Source of the DNA: Ptychomitrium polyphyllum
Lineage: Eukaryota
NCBI GenBank assembly: GCA_973851085.1
Contig: OZ316776.1
Span: forward strand, 1,426,001-1,490,000
Reading direction: 5' to 3'
Length of the DNA stretch: 64,000 nt
Below the pieces are notes generated by a model. It saw only the letters and a list, made by a program, of their open reading frames with translations, was not told where the DNA came from and ran no database searches. Both the position numbers and the translations under genes were made by a program. Shown here piece after piece: positions 10,418 through 25,400 of this stretch (the stretch's first letter is position 1; each line of letters begins with the position of its first letter).

Positions 10418-12987
10418 GGTGCTCCCTCCGCATTTATGGATGAACGATCATCATCCTCATCCCTCCATCATCTATCCGTAATGGACCAGTTAGGATGGAA
10501 CCACCTCGCCTCTTTAAATGCGGCATGCGTACCCAAAACCATCGTCTTGTATCTGCTGCAGGAGTACACTTCATTCGTGATGATTTACGTGGCGATTACA
10601 TGATGTTGCAGTCGTATACATGATGTAGTAGCGTACATAGATCGACAAACCCTCACTTTATCTGGAACTGACATTCTCTACTTCAAATGTGGATTTTAGG
10701 CTCTGAAACGTAGACCTGCAGTGGACGATGTTGGTTTTAACACTGATACCGTTTTGGGTATACATCCCGCATTTTGAGAAATGACGTGTTTTCATCCAAA
10801 CTCGTCCAGCGATGTTGGTTTTGGGTGCACACACGGTTTTAGGTACAGAAACGGTTTTGGGCATGCATAGAATGTGGTGTAGAGTACCATATTTACTAAA
10901 AATTGATTGGAATATTAAGGAATCAATAAAATGATAATTAAAATCTTCACTCAATTTTAAATTATTTGAAAATGCAACCTTTTCCTTATTTTATGAATTT
11001 ACTTCCTTTTTCCATCCACTTACATTTATAATTAAACTTTATTTTTCTAAGAATCAAAGTTTCATTGATTTTAAGCGACTTTCTAAAATTCTACATACCA
11101 ATGTATTTTTCCCTATCAAATTAAAGAATAAATTATATATCTTTAATGAGATAATTTGTATTATTTTATTTTGCTTAATAGAAGACAAGAATGCAATTAT
11201 TCCTATATAATGCATATAATAAATACTACTTACATAATCCATCAGGTTCAAATTCAACACCAAACAAATGTCAATATACACTTACATATAACTAATAATT
11301 AAATTCATGATGTAGCATCTACTTCCAAAAACATACAAAACTTATACCTAAATCAATTGTTACATTAATACATTATTTGAAGATTTAGCATTTTGATTAG
11401 TAGCTATTATTATTTATGATGTTATTTGTGTCATGTAGTGTCTATTTCCTTACAAGAAGGAATAGTTCTATTGCACTATTCTTAGGATTATAGGCTAAGA
11501 ACAAAATGAAAATACATTTACTAGTGTTGGTCTTTTTTAGAAATCAGAATTTATTTCTTCTTATGTAGTAATTGTAAATATACATGTGAACTAGTAATTT
11601 AATGAACAAGATGATACCATCAACTAAGAAAAAAAAAAATTAAATAAATAACATTAGACCTTCTATAAAACCTGTTTAAATTTACTATATACAATATCAT
11701 TAAATTAACATATTTGATGGAATATTCTTCAATAATTGGAATGGATTACCTTCAAAGAAGCAATATCCATAACCATGAATAAAACAAAACATATCTTTTT
11801 ATCAATAAACCGCAATTTTTCTATTAACCTTAAACAATTTTTGTTTAAAAAGAATTATTATATTATTATAAATACTTTCTGGACAACATTTAATAAGTTG
11901 TGAATATTCAAAACTAGAAATCTAGGAGGCTCGTTCCTTTTATTCCATAAAGATAGATTTAATCTATTATATTTATATGATTAATCTATATCAATATTCT
12001 TAAATGTTATTTTTAATAAGAATATTTTAAAAGTAAGTTTAGTATTCTTTTTATCATTATTTGATATACATACAACCTTAGCATTGTATTTCCATCCCAT
12101 TTTTAAATTCTGAGCAACATAAAAGTGACACTTAAGAAAATTGTAATTTAGTTTTAGAAATTACCTTCAAAAACTAAACTATTTAAAAATATTTAATTTT
12201 TTTCAAATGGCAATAAGACAATCTTTATTGTAAATTTTTTTTAACATTTAAGATTTGGAAATTCAGTTCTACAAATTTTGCTAGACATCAAAAATTTAAT
12301 AATTTGTATTTCTGCAATAATTTTTGTATATTGTTAAGATGAACATGGATGATTTTGTTTGAAATATGATAATATTATGTTCACTACACAAAAACATAAA
12401 GAGTACACTCCATATACTATACTTTTGAGATTATTGTTTGTCAACTGTAATTTTAATTTTTGTTTAGCAATATATTAAAAACATTAAAATTATATTTGTA
12501 GTATGTCTACTGTAAATTATTCATGCAATAAACATAATGTTACTTCACATCAATGCTATCCCTTCTTTCATTCCAACAATATAAAAATACATTGAAAATA
12601 CATGATTTTTCAAAATTTTGATAAATTATCCAACAATATTGTAATATGTAACGATTATAGATTAAAAGTTGGCCAGTTTCACCATCTTGGAAAAACCTAG
12701 TAGGCTATAAATGTCATCACTATTTAAGGTTGGAAAAATTGGACCAAGATGGGATTAGGAAATATAGCCACACCTGCATTGTTCAAGTACCAAAGACCCA
12801 TGGCTAATTTATCACTAATCAATTTTGGAAAATCAATTTTTAAATTTTAGAGATTTTTCAGATTTTTTTAGCGAACTCTATTTCAGAAAGTATCAGAAGT
12901 GACGAACTTGCTATTTGATTAGGATACTGTGTCTCAGCTTAGTATCATATTCCAAACTGGCGAAATCTCCAATGACTTCTTATAATA

Positions 12988-13043
12988 TTGACCATGAAGA
13001 CAGCTTTAGTTTGACCATGAAGGCAGCTTTAGTTTGACCATGA
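12988..13043. repeat. 23-bp tandem repeat (TTGACCATGAAGRCAGCTTTAGT, about 2.4 copies)
   Basis: Units start at 12988, 13011 and 13034. Confidence 0.8.
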
Positions 13044-14468
13044 CTATGCATTTGCATTTGGAGTGTCACCAGTGTTACAAAAGCTTGTTCATCACTCAAC
13101 AGAGCTTTGAAGCACTAGTAATAGAATGCTTGAGCTACAAGCAATCAATACAAGAGTGTAGTCACTGGAAAAGGTGATCCATGAATCCAACGGTTACATT
13201 TGGGGCATGGAGCTCAATCCATTATCCAGCATAAAGTACCTATGTGCAAACATTTATGCCCTCAAGAACCGTGCGATTGCTTTTAAGTCCCTTTCAATGT
13301 GATAACTTAGGGTCTTCTGCTTAGAACTGTCACAGAAAGTTCCACACACATGTAACGTACTGTCTAGTTACGTCAAGGATGAGGACTCTCATTCTTCCTT
13401 TCCAATCCTTTCATAGTCTTTGCCATCAATGAAGCATTACACAAATTGCCAGTGCGTGTAACTTGGCACTCTCCAGTCTGACGTATGCTCTCTAAAATGC
13501 AAATGTGAAACAGATACTTGGAGGCCCCACCTTGCACCAAGTATGAGTGCCTTCACTTGGATGATGGCCACAAGTACATGCAACAGAAACAAATGCATGT
13601 GGGTAGAGTGGGTCCCAATAGAACATGACCAGCAAATCCTCACTTTTCCTCCAGCTGATTTATTGGACTACTATGTTCGGGAGAAGTAAGTTATGCAACT
13701 TTGCAGATACTATATTGTTCATGCACAAAAATCAAGTCAATCATATTATTAGATTTTGCAGGCCAATGGCATCATCAAAATGAAGGCAGTTCATATCTGG
13801 TGTCTTGAAATTTAACCAAAAGAAGAAACTCAATCAGGGCATCAACTTGGAGGAATTGGCACGATTTTGACATACCTGATGTCAATTTCCAGAAGCGGAT
13901 TTAGTTTGATAAATTGACCAAAGTAACAAAGATAATTTTCTGTACAAATGATCCTCCTTCTCAGGTATAGGACAAGGAAAGACGAGGCTTCCGAAAAAAT
14001 AAAAATTGTAAGGTCCAATATTTCTCCCTCACTCTGTGAGAGCCAAGCTCCGAAAGTCCTCCATCACAGCAGCAGCCAGGCTTGCACCATTCAAGCTACT
14101 ACGAGGACATGGGCCTGCAAAAGTCTAAACCTTACTACAAGAATTTGACTACAGATTTACCTGCACTTCCTTGCGCTCCATCGATACCATCTTTACAATG
14201 CACACAACCTCCCGCTTGATGAATTGGTTGCTTGGTTAGCAGGAAAGTATGGTGTGCAAAATGCAAATTTTAAACCTCCCTGCAAAGCATGGTTGCTGGA
14301 AAACAGGGGAATTTTGCAGACGACCACCAATACCTTCAGCTTCTGGAACATCCCAGTGACGCCACTCTTAGCTTAGCTTAGCTTAGGTGGTGATCACGTG
14401 TGCTCTTGCACATATCACTGCCATGGCGCCATAAGTGTTTTGTACTTCAAAATCCAGACTCCATGGCT

Positions 14469-16409
14469 TCACTTGGATGGCGACTTAGAAGAGAAGTTGC
14501 GGCTCATGGCCATGACGAAGCTACCCACATAAGAGCCGCTAGCGCCTTTGACTTCATCACCAGTCTGGCAATCCCAGAACTCATCTTCAACATCCTTCTC
14601 CTCAACCTCAAGACTAGTGTCCATGTCCCACCATCTGTCTTCAGGCGCACTCTCATACGTCACATCACACGGAACCCTGTTTACGTTGGAAGCGCCAAGC
14701 ATTCTCACGTCGTGGGCAGCGAGTGAACCGGCTGCGTCTCGAACGTAAAGCTCGTTGCCTTGTGAACGAATACCGTAGATGTTGCTAGCAGATGTTAAGT
14801 TGACAAAGAGCTGCCTGCCGCTTGACCTACTGTCCCAAAGCGAGACGGAGCAACCGGGGTTGGCAAGCTCTGGTCCGCCTGAAAACAGAGCACATACGTA
14901 TGTTAATTACATATGAAAACATGTTCACAGGAAGTAATAGCAAAGTACTGACGCAAATGATGCAAAATGTTACTATGGTTGAGAACTGACCTGTAAATAT
15001 AGTCTTTGCCAAAGAGCTCCTGTCCAAGGTTACGGCTTGCACAACAGGTTGCTGTGTCTGGTAACTCTTCTCGTACGCTGCAGACTCCAGATTCGCAACA
15101 GAAATTAAACCCCTTTCCCTTCCCAAAGCTGCAACTTTCCACTCCCAGTCCGCATCAAACGCACTAACTGTACAACCATGATCTTTCGGCATATGCACAT
15201 TCTTTACCAAAGACTTAGCATCACTATCCCAAAACCTGACTACATCGTTCTTAAGAGTTACAATGCTCGCGTCATTTACTGCAACCGGGGCCAAGGGCAA
15301 CCTAAACTCATTGACAGGGTATCTATCACACAATACGGAGTCGCGTATTCTAAGCTTCAACAGAGGATCCCACTCGCAAGTGCAGGAGGAAGTGTTGGTT
15401 ACAATACACGAGGAAAGTGGAGGAGCGGTGTAAACTAAAGGCTGGGCGAGAGACTGCGCCCATGTGGGCAAGAGAGTATCAACATCAAAAGGGGAGTAAG
15501 ATGCCGGGAGTGCATCCCATTCAATCCCTTCTCGCTTTACAACTGGGATGGAGCTTTCAATAGGCAGGAAATTGAAGAGTAATTGCATGTCTTTCGTCTG
15601 ATAATCTAGTGACTTCGTTCGCCTCTTCGGTATCTGTACACCAAAAACAGCATAATCTCAGAAAAATGTCACCATCTCAAAAACTCTCAACACTTTCTGC
15701 ACGTTCCATTTCATTGTGTGCTACAAGCATTGTTATGGTCCAAGCAATCCGACCTCTGTCTAAAAAGCTGCCCTGCTCTATTGCGTCGTGGTGGGAAGAG
15801 TACAGGATCAAGGGCACAGGAAACGGCGAGCTTGTGCTTGTGATGATTGCAGAACCGAGGGGCAGCGTGTGGAGGAGCATTGCTTCACGAAGGACTCTTC
15901 TAGCACCAACTACTGATTCTAGGCAATCAATGTTGACCATTGAAGAGGGGGAAGGGGAAGAAAGTTACCTTCTCAGGAAGACCGCGTGCGGCTAGAGTAT
16001 GCTGCTTGAGCAGCGTCGCGGAAGGCGTCTTCTTCTCGAATATGAACACCATCTCCGCCGCCACTTTCCCGGCGGCGTCCGTCACGCCAGTCCCCCCGTC
16101 GGAGGAGCTCGACACGTCTTCGCTGCAGGAATCCGCGGAGCAATTCAGAATCTCAGCGCTAAACATCCCGCTGGCCGTGACAATGCTGCCGTCCGACATG
16201 GACGAAAACGAGTGCACTCGCACGCGCACCTGCCCAGGTTTCGCCCCCCACGTCCACCCCACGCTCACGATGCTCACCCGCTTCGCAGACACGAACGCGA
16301 TCACAATGGTGGCCACTATCGCCACCCACGCCCACTGCAGCCCCTGGAAACTCACCCCGCCACTGCCCTGCATCATCATGCCCCGCACCAACACATCTAT
16401 GCCCTCCAT
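14469..16409 (-). CDS. Membrane-anchored protein with WD40-like C-terminal repeats; exons about 16409-15969, 15633-14991, 14878-14469
   Basis: N-terminal hydrophobic helix WAWVAIVATIVIAFV. In-frame GT-AG splicing gives VVRFWDSD, VSLWDSRS, LAAHDVRM and RWWDMD motifs, resembling a plant 'transmembrane protein' family with degenerate WD repeats. The start codon is uncertain. Confidence 0.72.
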
Positions 16410-19400
16410 TCCACCCAAAACTACCACCTTCAGCAACCCACTCCGGATCCCACCACACCACCAAACCTGCACCAAACTCAACTCAACCCAAACCACACCA
16501 AACGAAACCCAACCGCTCGGTACTCTATACACCAATCGGTACTGAATCGTGCTCACGGCCCGATCGCTCAGAGTTCACAAGAGTGTAGCCGGGACGAGGC
16601 AAGGAAGGAAGCGGAGGGGGTCGCACGCGGTGGTATTTGTAGCAAAGCTGCGCTGCAGACACAGAGCGCTCCTGCAGGTCCTACCTGGAAAGGGATGGCT
16701 GCTGCAGCCTTGCAGCTTGCAAATGAGAAATGGGAAAAAAATGGGAAAAAATTGGGAAATGGGGGTGTTTTGGGAGTTAGGAGGTGAAAGCGATCAGTAA
16801 GTGGTGGAGAACATTCCGTTAGATCCGGTTGTAATATTCCCTCTGCGTGGGTTCCGCGCTGCAGGATGGCAGGAGCACCCATGGACGTGGATTGTGGTTC
16901 ACACCACCGGTCATTTCTTTCCTTTTAATTTTTAAGACTTTTTTATTATTGAATTCTGTTTTAGTGCGAAGGTTAAGGTTCTCAAATTGGGATTTAGCTG
17001 GGATTTTTTTGTTGGATTGTTTTTTAAAATATTTTTGACGTAGTGTGTTTTACATTGTTTTCTGTGAGTTTTTTCTCTTTTGTTGAAGTAAAGTAAAAGG
17101 GTGTGAAGTCAATGTGGACAAATGGTAATGAGTGTAGGTAGAAAGGGAGAAAACACAGTGTGTGTATTATTGCGTTTTCAATAAGAAGGATCTTTGTCAC
17201 AATAAATACTACATTATGGATAATAGCTTATTTTAATGTGGATTTGATTACTTTGGTTTAATTAAAAATATTAGTTTGATGACATAATTCAATTTGCTGA
17301 GAAGTATTTATTAATAGATTTGAATTATATATATTGGCCTTACAATGAAAAGAATAAACTTGTCAAAGAACACAAATAAATACATTGAATGGTGCATGAA
17401 AAAAATTACAAGTATCATTTTAGAAAGTCATATCTACATTGAAAATTGAAAGTCTTTCATTTGTTAGATGGTACAAATCAATATCAACTACATAAGAAAA
17501 AATGTAATTGATTCTTAAATTTCCAAGTTCCATAATATTCTTAAATGAATGGTTCTACACCATGAAGAAGAACATTGGAACTTTTATCCACTTTTTATCC
17601 AATATGGCCCTACATTACATATATATTATAATATTTTATTGTAAAGTATAAAGTGCTAAATACGAATTTTTGTATAAAGTTTAATATATGACTGAAATTT
17701 TATAATATGATTATAATGAAGGTCATGTTGATAAAGAATGTAAACAAATTCAACCACATCATGATATATTGATGATTTAGTTGTATGATTGATATATGGT
17801 GTTTTTACATTTCATTAATTCAATTCATGAAATAAAAATTACACTAAAAAGATATGGTTTCTATTTCTATTTTGAAGGAAATTTTAATCATATCATTAAT
17901 TAAATTAGTTAAAATGTACGTTATAATCTTTAGCATCTTTTCATATAAAAAGGATATCATTAGTTGCTTTATATATTGGTCATTATTAAATTGCAATTAT
18001 GATGGCTGATATTGTGTATTTGTTATTATAATGATTGTAAAATTGACATAATTTTTAATTCACAAGGTTCTTTTACAAAATGCAAAAGTGGCAAAGATAT
18101 AATAAAAAGAAGAACAATGATCTCAAAAGAAAAATAAAAGAAGGAACATATGTAATTTAGTTTTAGTCTAATTTCTACTTCATTTCAAAAAAATTAACAT
18201 ACATAAAATTTAAAAATGACTACAAAAGTGAAAAAATACAACACTTGAATCTATACAACCTTAGAAAAATGATCAACAAATGAAACGTTTTGATTTTTGA
18301 TATCCTTGATTTTTAAAAAGACAAGGAATAAATAATCCACTTGAAGCTCACCTTGAGTTCCAAGCTGTGTGCTTTCCTTCTTCATGAAGGGTTAGACTTA
18401 CGATACAGGATTGGCACAAACATGTCCATTGCGTGATTTGGAAAAACGTTATTCATATTGGTGAAGCATGCTTTCCGAGCTAAAATAAGACGAGGATGTA
18501 ACTGCGAATGACCAAATATAAAGCAAAGATTGCTTGGATATATGGAAATAGAGCATGATATTCCCTGCTTGACTGTATATCAGTAGTAACGTCACGATTC
18601 AAATCAGTAGATCAACTGATTTGCGTATCGGTTTCTTTGGTTCAAATACCTTGCCTACCGTTGTGCACATTCATCGAGGCCAGGATATACCTAGAAACTG
18701 GATGCAGGCGGACCACAAGACTCCCACTTACAACCATAGCAAGTTCAATGATTATTAAATCATAAGAAGGTCTTCAGCTTAGCTATCACAGTAACTATCC
18801 AGGCATTCAGAAACAGTAGGAGATTTAGAAAAGGCAATCTATTTCTGAGACGGTCACTGTAATCAGAGACTCAGGAATGACTATAAAATATACACACCAG
18901 CTTCCTGTACCGCACACTCAAGACAAGCTCTCTGTGTGTTTACTTCTCTGTCTCTACAGCAGCCTAGAATGTCTGCATATCCCTAGAAAGCTGGAGCCTT
19001 CGAGATTTGCCAACAAGTCACATCTAAACACGGTAAGTTCTCAAACATGTAGACCAGCGTGAATTTGGGGTAAGAGCAAATAGGAAAGGAGGGCCGAAGA
19101 TTAAACACTCCTTTCTCACCTGAATAGGGAATGCACCATTTCCAAAACTGTACGACGATTTTGATGGACAGATGAGAATGATGGAAGTGATTACCCTTCT
19201 CAAACAAGGATTCATCAAAGATTATAATGGGATTATTTTCGTAACCCCATCCAAAAATGCCACATTTAAGGCATGAAATCTCATTTTAAGACCCATGCCA
19301 TTGTTAAGCATGGTTAGCATGGTTTCCAAAAGTTGACCTAAAGGAAAGTCCAAGCTTTTTGTTTTATAACAAATGCTATGGATCAATGCAAGTGAAAATA

Positions 19401-22400
19401 TGTATTTTTTGACAAAAATTTGAATTGGTTATGGATTTTTAAATTGTCACACACAATTATCACTTAATGTTATTCAACCAGCCATATTTTATTAAAAGAA
19501 ATCCCATTATGTATCAAGTTCAAGTTTTGCCTTGCTATATTTTTCTCCTATGATATTTGTAAGAAATATGTTTTTTCTTCATTAGTATTTCAAAGGTTCC
19601 ATAATTAACTAAGGTATGGAATCTAAAATAAAAAATGATTCCTTATTTATGATCACATGAGGTGTCTAAAATCAATTCAAAAGCATAAAACCAAGCATAC
19701 AAATTATCTTTAATTGACATGTGTTTTGAACAATTTATAATCTTTGTTTGTTGCACATAGAATTGGTTTTGTCACCACTTTAATTTTATCTTCACAAATT
19801 GATGAATAACTTATACCCACATCAAACCTTCTTTGACGTTATTCCAGGATAAAGATTCTTACACAATTGACTCATTTCTATCCCTAAGTTAGATGAGTGC
19901 AAGATACCTCAAAATTTTGGTTTTATGTCTTTTATCTTTAATCTTTTGATGTAGAATAATCCATGTTGTACATAACAAGTGGATAATGATTTAAAAATCA
20001 ATAAATAGAACAACTAACCATACAAACACACACTTTCACACTTGCTACTCACAAGAACAATATTTGACAAATACATCAGTTCGTTCAGAAAAAAGAAAAG
20101 AAATGTATACTTATTTACATCATAGAGCCCATCTGCTGGTTGAACCCACAGTCAAACATTTACTGGCCAGGTGTTACAAACCCATTCGCTTGGCTGCAGA
20201 GCACTGGGCTCCGTAGGACCAGAGTCCAGACAACGGGCGGTATGCAGCGACAAGGAGCTCAAGAATCGCGGTATAGCATCGAGGTAGGTACTGTCTGCAT
20301 GGCAGTAATCAGTCGGACTCCAATACCACGCCATGATCACCAATTCCTGCCTCATCGGCACAAACCAGAGGCATCCTAACTGGATTACGCTTTTAATGCG
20401 TGGAGATAAGTGCCACCTCACTCGATTGCAGGCGCTCTCACGGATCCTCGTATGGATTGTGTGCTGCCTTTGCCTTGCCTTTCTTCTGCCGCGCCGCACC
20501 TTCTCTGGGCTCTGCAGATCCTTCGAAACGTGGAATTTGGTGCCCGGGAACATTCGGACCATACGGGACGTGTCTGGGAACGGGACGGGGATCGTGTCTT
20601 CAGGGGTGCTTTCAGACGGAGTTGGCGACGTGGAAGATGAGCACTGGCGCTGGGAACTCGTGATTCAGATTGGGAACGTCACCTTTCGTGTCGATTGCAG
20701 TAAAGAGTGAACCTCCAGTGTCCCTGACAAGTCTCCGACTCTGAGCTATGAGCATTCATCCTTATCTCAGAATTCTTCTTTGCTCTTGATGACAGGTATC
20801 ATGATGGTTCCCCCATTGCCATTGATAAGATTCCTTGGTTGAAACTTGAAAAGGAGGGACCGAATTGCGGGTCTTTGAGTCTTCAGTGTTCCACATAAGC
20901 GGCTCCTTTGTATGCCTATCATTTCAGGTTGCTTGGTACCGGTTGGAAAATACTAACCACGTTCGTTGGCCAGTGTTAAATATGGGACATTCGGTTAGTA
21001 AACAAGGTATCAGAAACTCATATTATGCTCCGTGGTAGCCATTGGCTGGATTCAGCTCCAATTGTATCGCCTTAGGTGGTATATCACTGGTCCACGTGAC
21101 ACATCTGTATATTAGGCTATAGTTTTACGCTATTTGCTCTTTGATTTTCTCCTCTGACTAGACCTTGCTGCGCGCTTTGTACCTCTCCTCTGAAATAAAG
21201 TATCCTCTTCATTTGTGCAAAAAGGAAAAAGTAAAAAAGTTGGCTCAAATGGTAGGAAGCTATTATCAAATGTACCAAGTGATTGTAGGAAAGAAACTTT
21301 CGAAAGGACCTGAGTCTCATAGCATGCTTTTGGTTTGATTCAAGCCGTACTGGACACCGGAGCATGGAATGTGTGGTTGGTTACATGTTACAAGGATTGG
21401 CTTATTACAGAGATTCCTTTTGCTGAAGATGTACTCACAAAAAGATTTCCTTCAATAAGTAAAAGAGGGAACCTCTTTTATTTAGTAGGTGGCATTCAAT
21501 ATTTGAGGAATCCTATTTTCAGATTGCCATTGCAACTTGGCTCTGCAGCCTGCCAATTCTATTCCTTTTTTTGTTTAATGCCACATCAGAAAGTTCACAA
21601 GGGTTGATAAGGATGACGACTGGGAACACGAGAACTACAAGTTTTTGGCAGGCTGTTGTGGGAACAAGTGTCATATTGGAAGAGCAAGTGCAACACACTA
21701 TTGAGCTGACATGGCAGTTGACGTCACCGATGCCTAGACACGCTACCGTGGAAACAGAGAAAGGATTTCGCATTCCCAGAAACTGGGACGGTGGGGCTAT
21801 TCTGGCAGGAGCTCTGGGGCAAGCATTGTAGCACTTACATACGGTAGAACCGTGGTGTGTAAGACTGTGCAGTGATGAATGAGTTACTTCGTTCCCTTTT
21901 CCTGAAAGCGTGATGAGAGCCTGAGTCCTTCTCCAGTAAAAGAGTATTTCATCCACCAACACCCACGTGTCAAAAGCACAACGTGTATGAAATGGTACAT
22001 GTCAGCAGAAAAAGGAAAAGAAAAAAGATGAAATACAGAGAAGGGAGTAAGTGGCTTAAAATTTGCCCATGAGTGACACGGTGGTTGGTGATGAAAGAGG
22101 AAGCTCCCATTTGCCCTCTCTAAATGGAAACCATTTCTCTGGGGCATGAAACTCCCCTTATAGCTATTTCATGCAACTGGCAGATGGACGATGAGAATTG
22201 AGCCAGTTCGTGGCTTGCACTTGCAGAATGTAGGCCACGGAAATGGGGTACCTAATGGTTTGGATGGCTCTCCGAGCAATTAAGATCTGAAGAGGCTACT
22301 TTCCTTTTGAAGGAAAGCCTAAAGGCAATCGCGAGTTGAATTAACCTTAAGGGAGGTAGCACCGAATAGTTGGTCGATGAGTGATTTCAACCACAATATC

Positions 22401-25400
22401 TTCGAAGTTGGATGAGATGTTGTATCCATTTGTTTTTGGCAAGGTCATTGAAGTTCAAACAATTTGAATTCTGATATGGACTTTGATTAAATTTCTATAA
22501 TCAACGGAATTGAAGAATGTTGAGGTCAGAGTGTTCAAAAAATCTAGTTTGAATTAATCATGAGCGCATGCTAATATGCAGTTGATTTTTTTTGAAAATC
22601 ACCTTACTTAGAATACCACATTTCAAACCCATTGCAACAAATTTTACTCAAAGATATTTCTATATATTTTGTATAATCTTTACAAAAAGGGTGGTCATAA
22701 AAATACTAAATCTAATTGAATAGATATGAATAATAGTTGAAATTATATTTTTTATTTTCAGAAATGGTAAAATCATGAATATGCCAAATTATTCATCCAA
22801 GTAGTATCTTATAATGGAACTATGTAAATCTTCAAAACATGAGATGAATAAAATCCTTTCAAGGTTTAAAACTTTATATTTTGAATATGCAAAATTTTGC
22901 ACTATGTGAAAACTTTTGGTTTAGTTTCTGTGGTTGAACTGTGTTATAAGATTTGTTTATTACCAGTAAATTGTGGTGGATACTAATGTGCATAATTAGA
23001 GAATATCTGAAGCTTGCACAACAAATGTATGAAAACCTCATCAGAAGTTGTGCTCTTATTGAGTGTGCAATTGCATGCCATAAATTGCTTAGCAACCAGA
23101 AAATGGATTAAAAACAATAGATTCAGCGAAAGCCATCACCATCAGAAGCCAGAGCTGACGACTCAAATATAAACAAGCTTTCCTTGAAAAACACATATTG
23201 GAATTTCAAAGAGGACTTTGCTTGGACCAACAAGTGTGTATTTCACAATTGATGTGTTGATTGATAGCCCTAAGATGCGGGCAGTCATGGTGGAGTGTTT
23301 CCTAAGTAGCATAACATTCTTACTCCAATGGTGGTATGAAAGACCTTCTTTTAACACATGCTTTATTGTCACATGTTTGTCATTCAAAATAATGCCTACA
23401 TCAACTGTTCAATTAGAGCACCTCTACTGAGTCTTGTACATGTGGATGACAAATTAACATTCTTAATCGCATGTACAAAGAGTTGACCACCCAATTCCTT
23501 TTGAAAAAATGATCTTATGTTGTACACTTCTTAAACTTGGGTCCAATATTTGATATTACAAGCCATTGATTGAAAACTACATTTCTTTTTTTGTCCTTCT
23601 AGACATTTGTTGTAATGTCTTTCACCAATATAAGGATTATCATTGTGGATACATAGTAAGGAATATCAAATAGTGTAGTGATAAAATAAGAAAATGTACA
23701 ATAAAAATATACCTGAGATCTAAAGTAATGTGGGTGTTTAATTATATAGTCTTTCAAAGTTGACAAAAGCAAGATTTTACTTAAAATGTTAAATTGTACA
23801 AGTTCTATAGTGTTTTAAATAACATAAATTTCTCACACAAAGTAGCTCATATTAATTAAAAAGTTCTAGATATTATAAATTTCTATTAATGATGTGATTC
23901 ATACTGTGTAGAATAAAGAATGTAGTGGTGGTAAGTGAATAGAAATTGATTTGTGGTAATAAAAGTAGATACAACTAACATAAAAGATGAAGAACAGCAA
24001 AATGAAGGATCCACTAAAAATAGCAATAACTTGGGCTTATTATAATGGGAATTTTTTTTAACAATTACATGACGTTTGACAAACTTGCCAAGTGCTTAAA
24101 AGTGCCCTACATTTTAGTTCAAAGTCTGGATGAATTTTGTAAATGTCATTTTATAGTAATCATGGCATCTATATAATGGTAGTCATGGGGTGTTGGTGAT
24201 AGCGCCTATTGAAAATTCATAATTGTTCATTTGGTATTGGTATAAAAAAAATTGTGATTTTATTTCCAATTTAAAAAAAAACCTCAAGTTCTGTCACCAA
24301 AAATATCTCTCAAAAAGTTCAACAATTGGAACATAGTTCATTATATCCAAAGGTTGGTCCAAAGAGGGTCCACAATTCCAAGCTGGTTGCCTGCTCCATT
24401 GATGGGTTGGGTGCAGCATGGGGACTGACTCTAAGTGATGTTGAGCAGAGCTCATTATGAATTATCCAGCAATTGAAGCACAGTGAATAGAAAAATTTAG
24501 TGAGAGGTCACTGGTATCACTTTCTTGTTGAGGTAAGCTATGGATCTGGTCATGACTTTAGGAGCACAGATAGAAGAATTACATGCATGACACTTTGAAC
24601 AAGAATCCAAATCCCAAGGTTCCATATTCCTCATGTCTGGGCCAACTCACTTTTTCATGCTGCACTTAGTACCACAGTTTGATTTCTGATCACTGAGCTT
24701 GGAGTGATAGTCCTTCATACATGGCCCACATAATTTGCATTGGAAATTGGAGATCTAGTTAAGAGTTTTCCTTTGTACGTTTTGTAAACAAGTGTTTTGG
24801 TCAATGATTGTCATCTCCTATGTGTCTCTGGAGTCTGGCATTGGTGGCTCCGCAGAGTAGGTGTATATTCTATTCTTCTGTGGTTTTAATTCTGATAAAA
24901 GAAAGAGCCCTTCTAAGACACTGTACAAATATAAGATTTAGTGTTGATGGTTCTAAACACAAAATATGAACAGTACATACTTTTCAAGTTGGTGGATGAA
25001 GTACAATAATAATGGACATTCTTACAATAATTTTGCAAAGGTAGTTTTTTTTAACATAGGTAAGAAAAATTACATGGAACACAATTTTGCAAAAGTTGAT
25101 TCTGAGGGACAGTAACTCACATCAAGCTTTGATTGTCTTCTGCACTTGGCAATCAAATATGGTTATAGTCACAACTGTGTGCAGAGACCAGCGCCCCCTC
25201 ACTTTCATGCAACCTATACACAGTGGAATATTTTCAACACTTCCTCCTTTCTATCTCTCCAGGTTGTTCGCATTGTAACATCTTTTTCCTTTAGTACAAG
25301 TTCTGTACAGCCTCTTTTCATAACCAACGTGGATTGAGAACAAACTTTGTAAGCAATGTGTGAACACCTGGCTCCTTTGAGTGTTCACACGAAACTTACT

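Noticed and set aside
10053..10433. 126-aa ORF overlapping bL31m out of frame
   Set aside because: Arg-rich GC shadow frame with no recognisable family; the conserved signal is in the bL31m frame.
15940..16787. Long plus-strand ORFs (201 and 262 aa)
   Set aside because: They are GC-rich antisense shadows of the first exon of the minus-strand TM/WD40-like gene and have no recognisable motifs.
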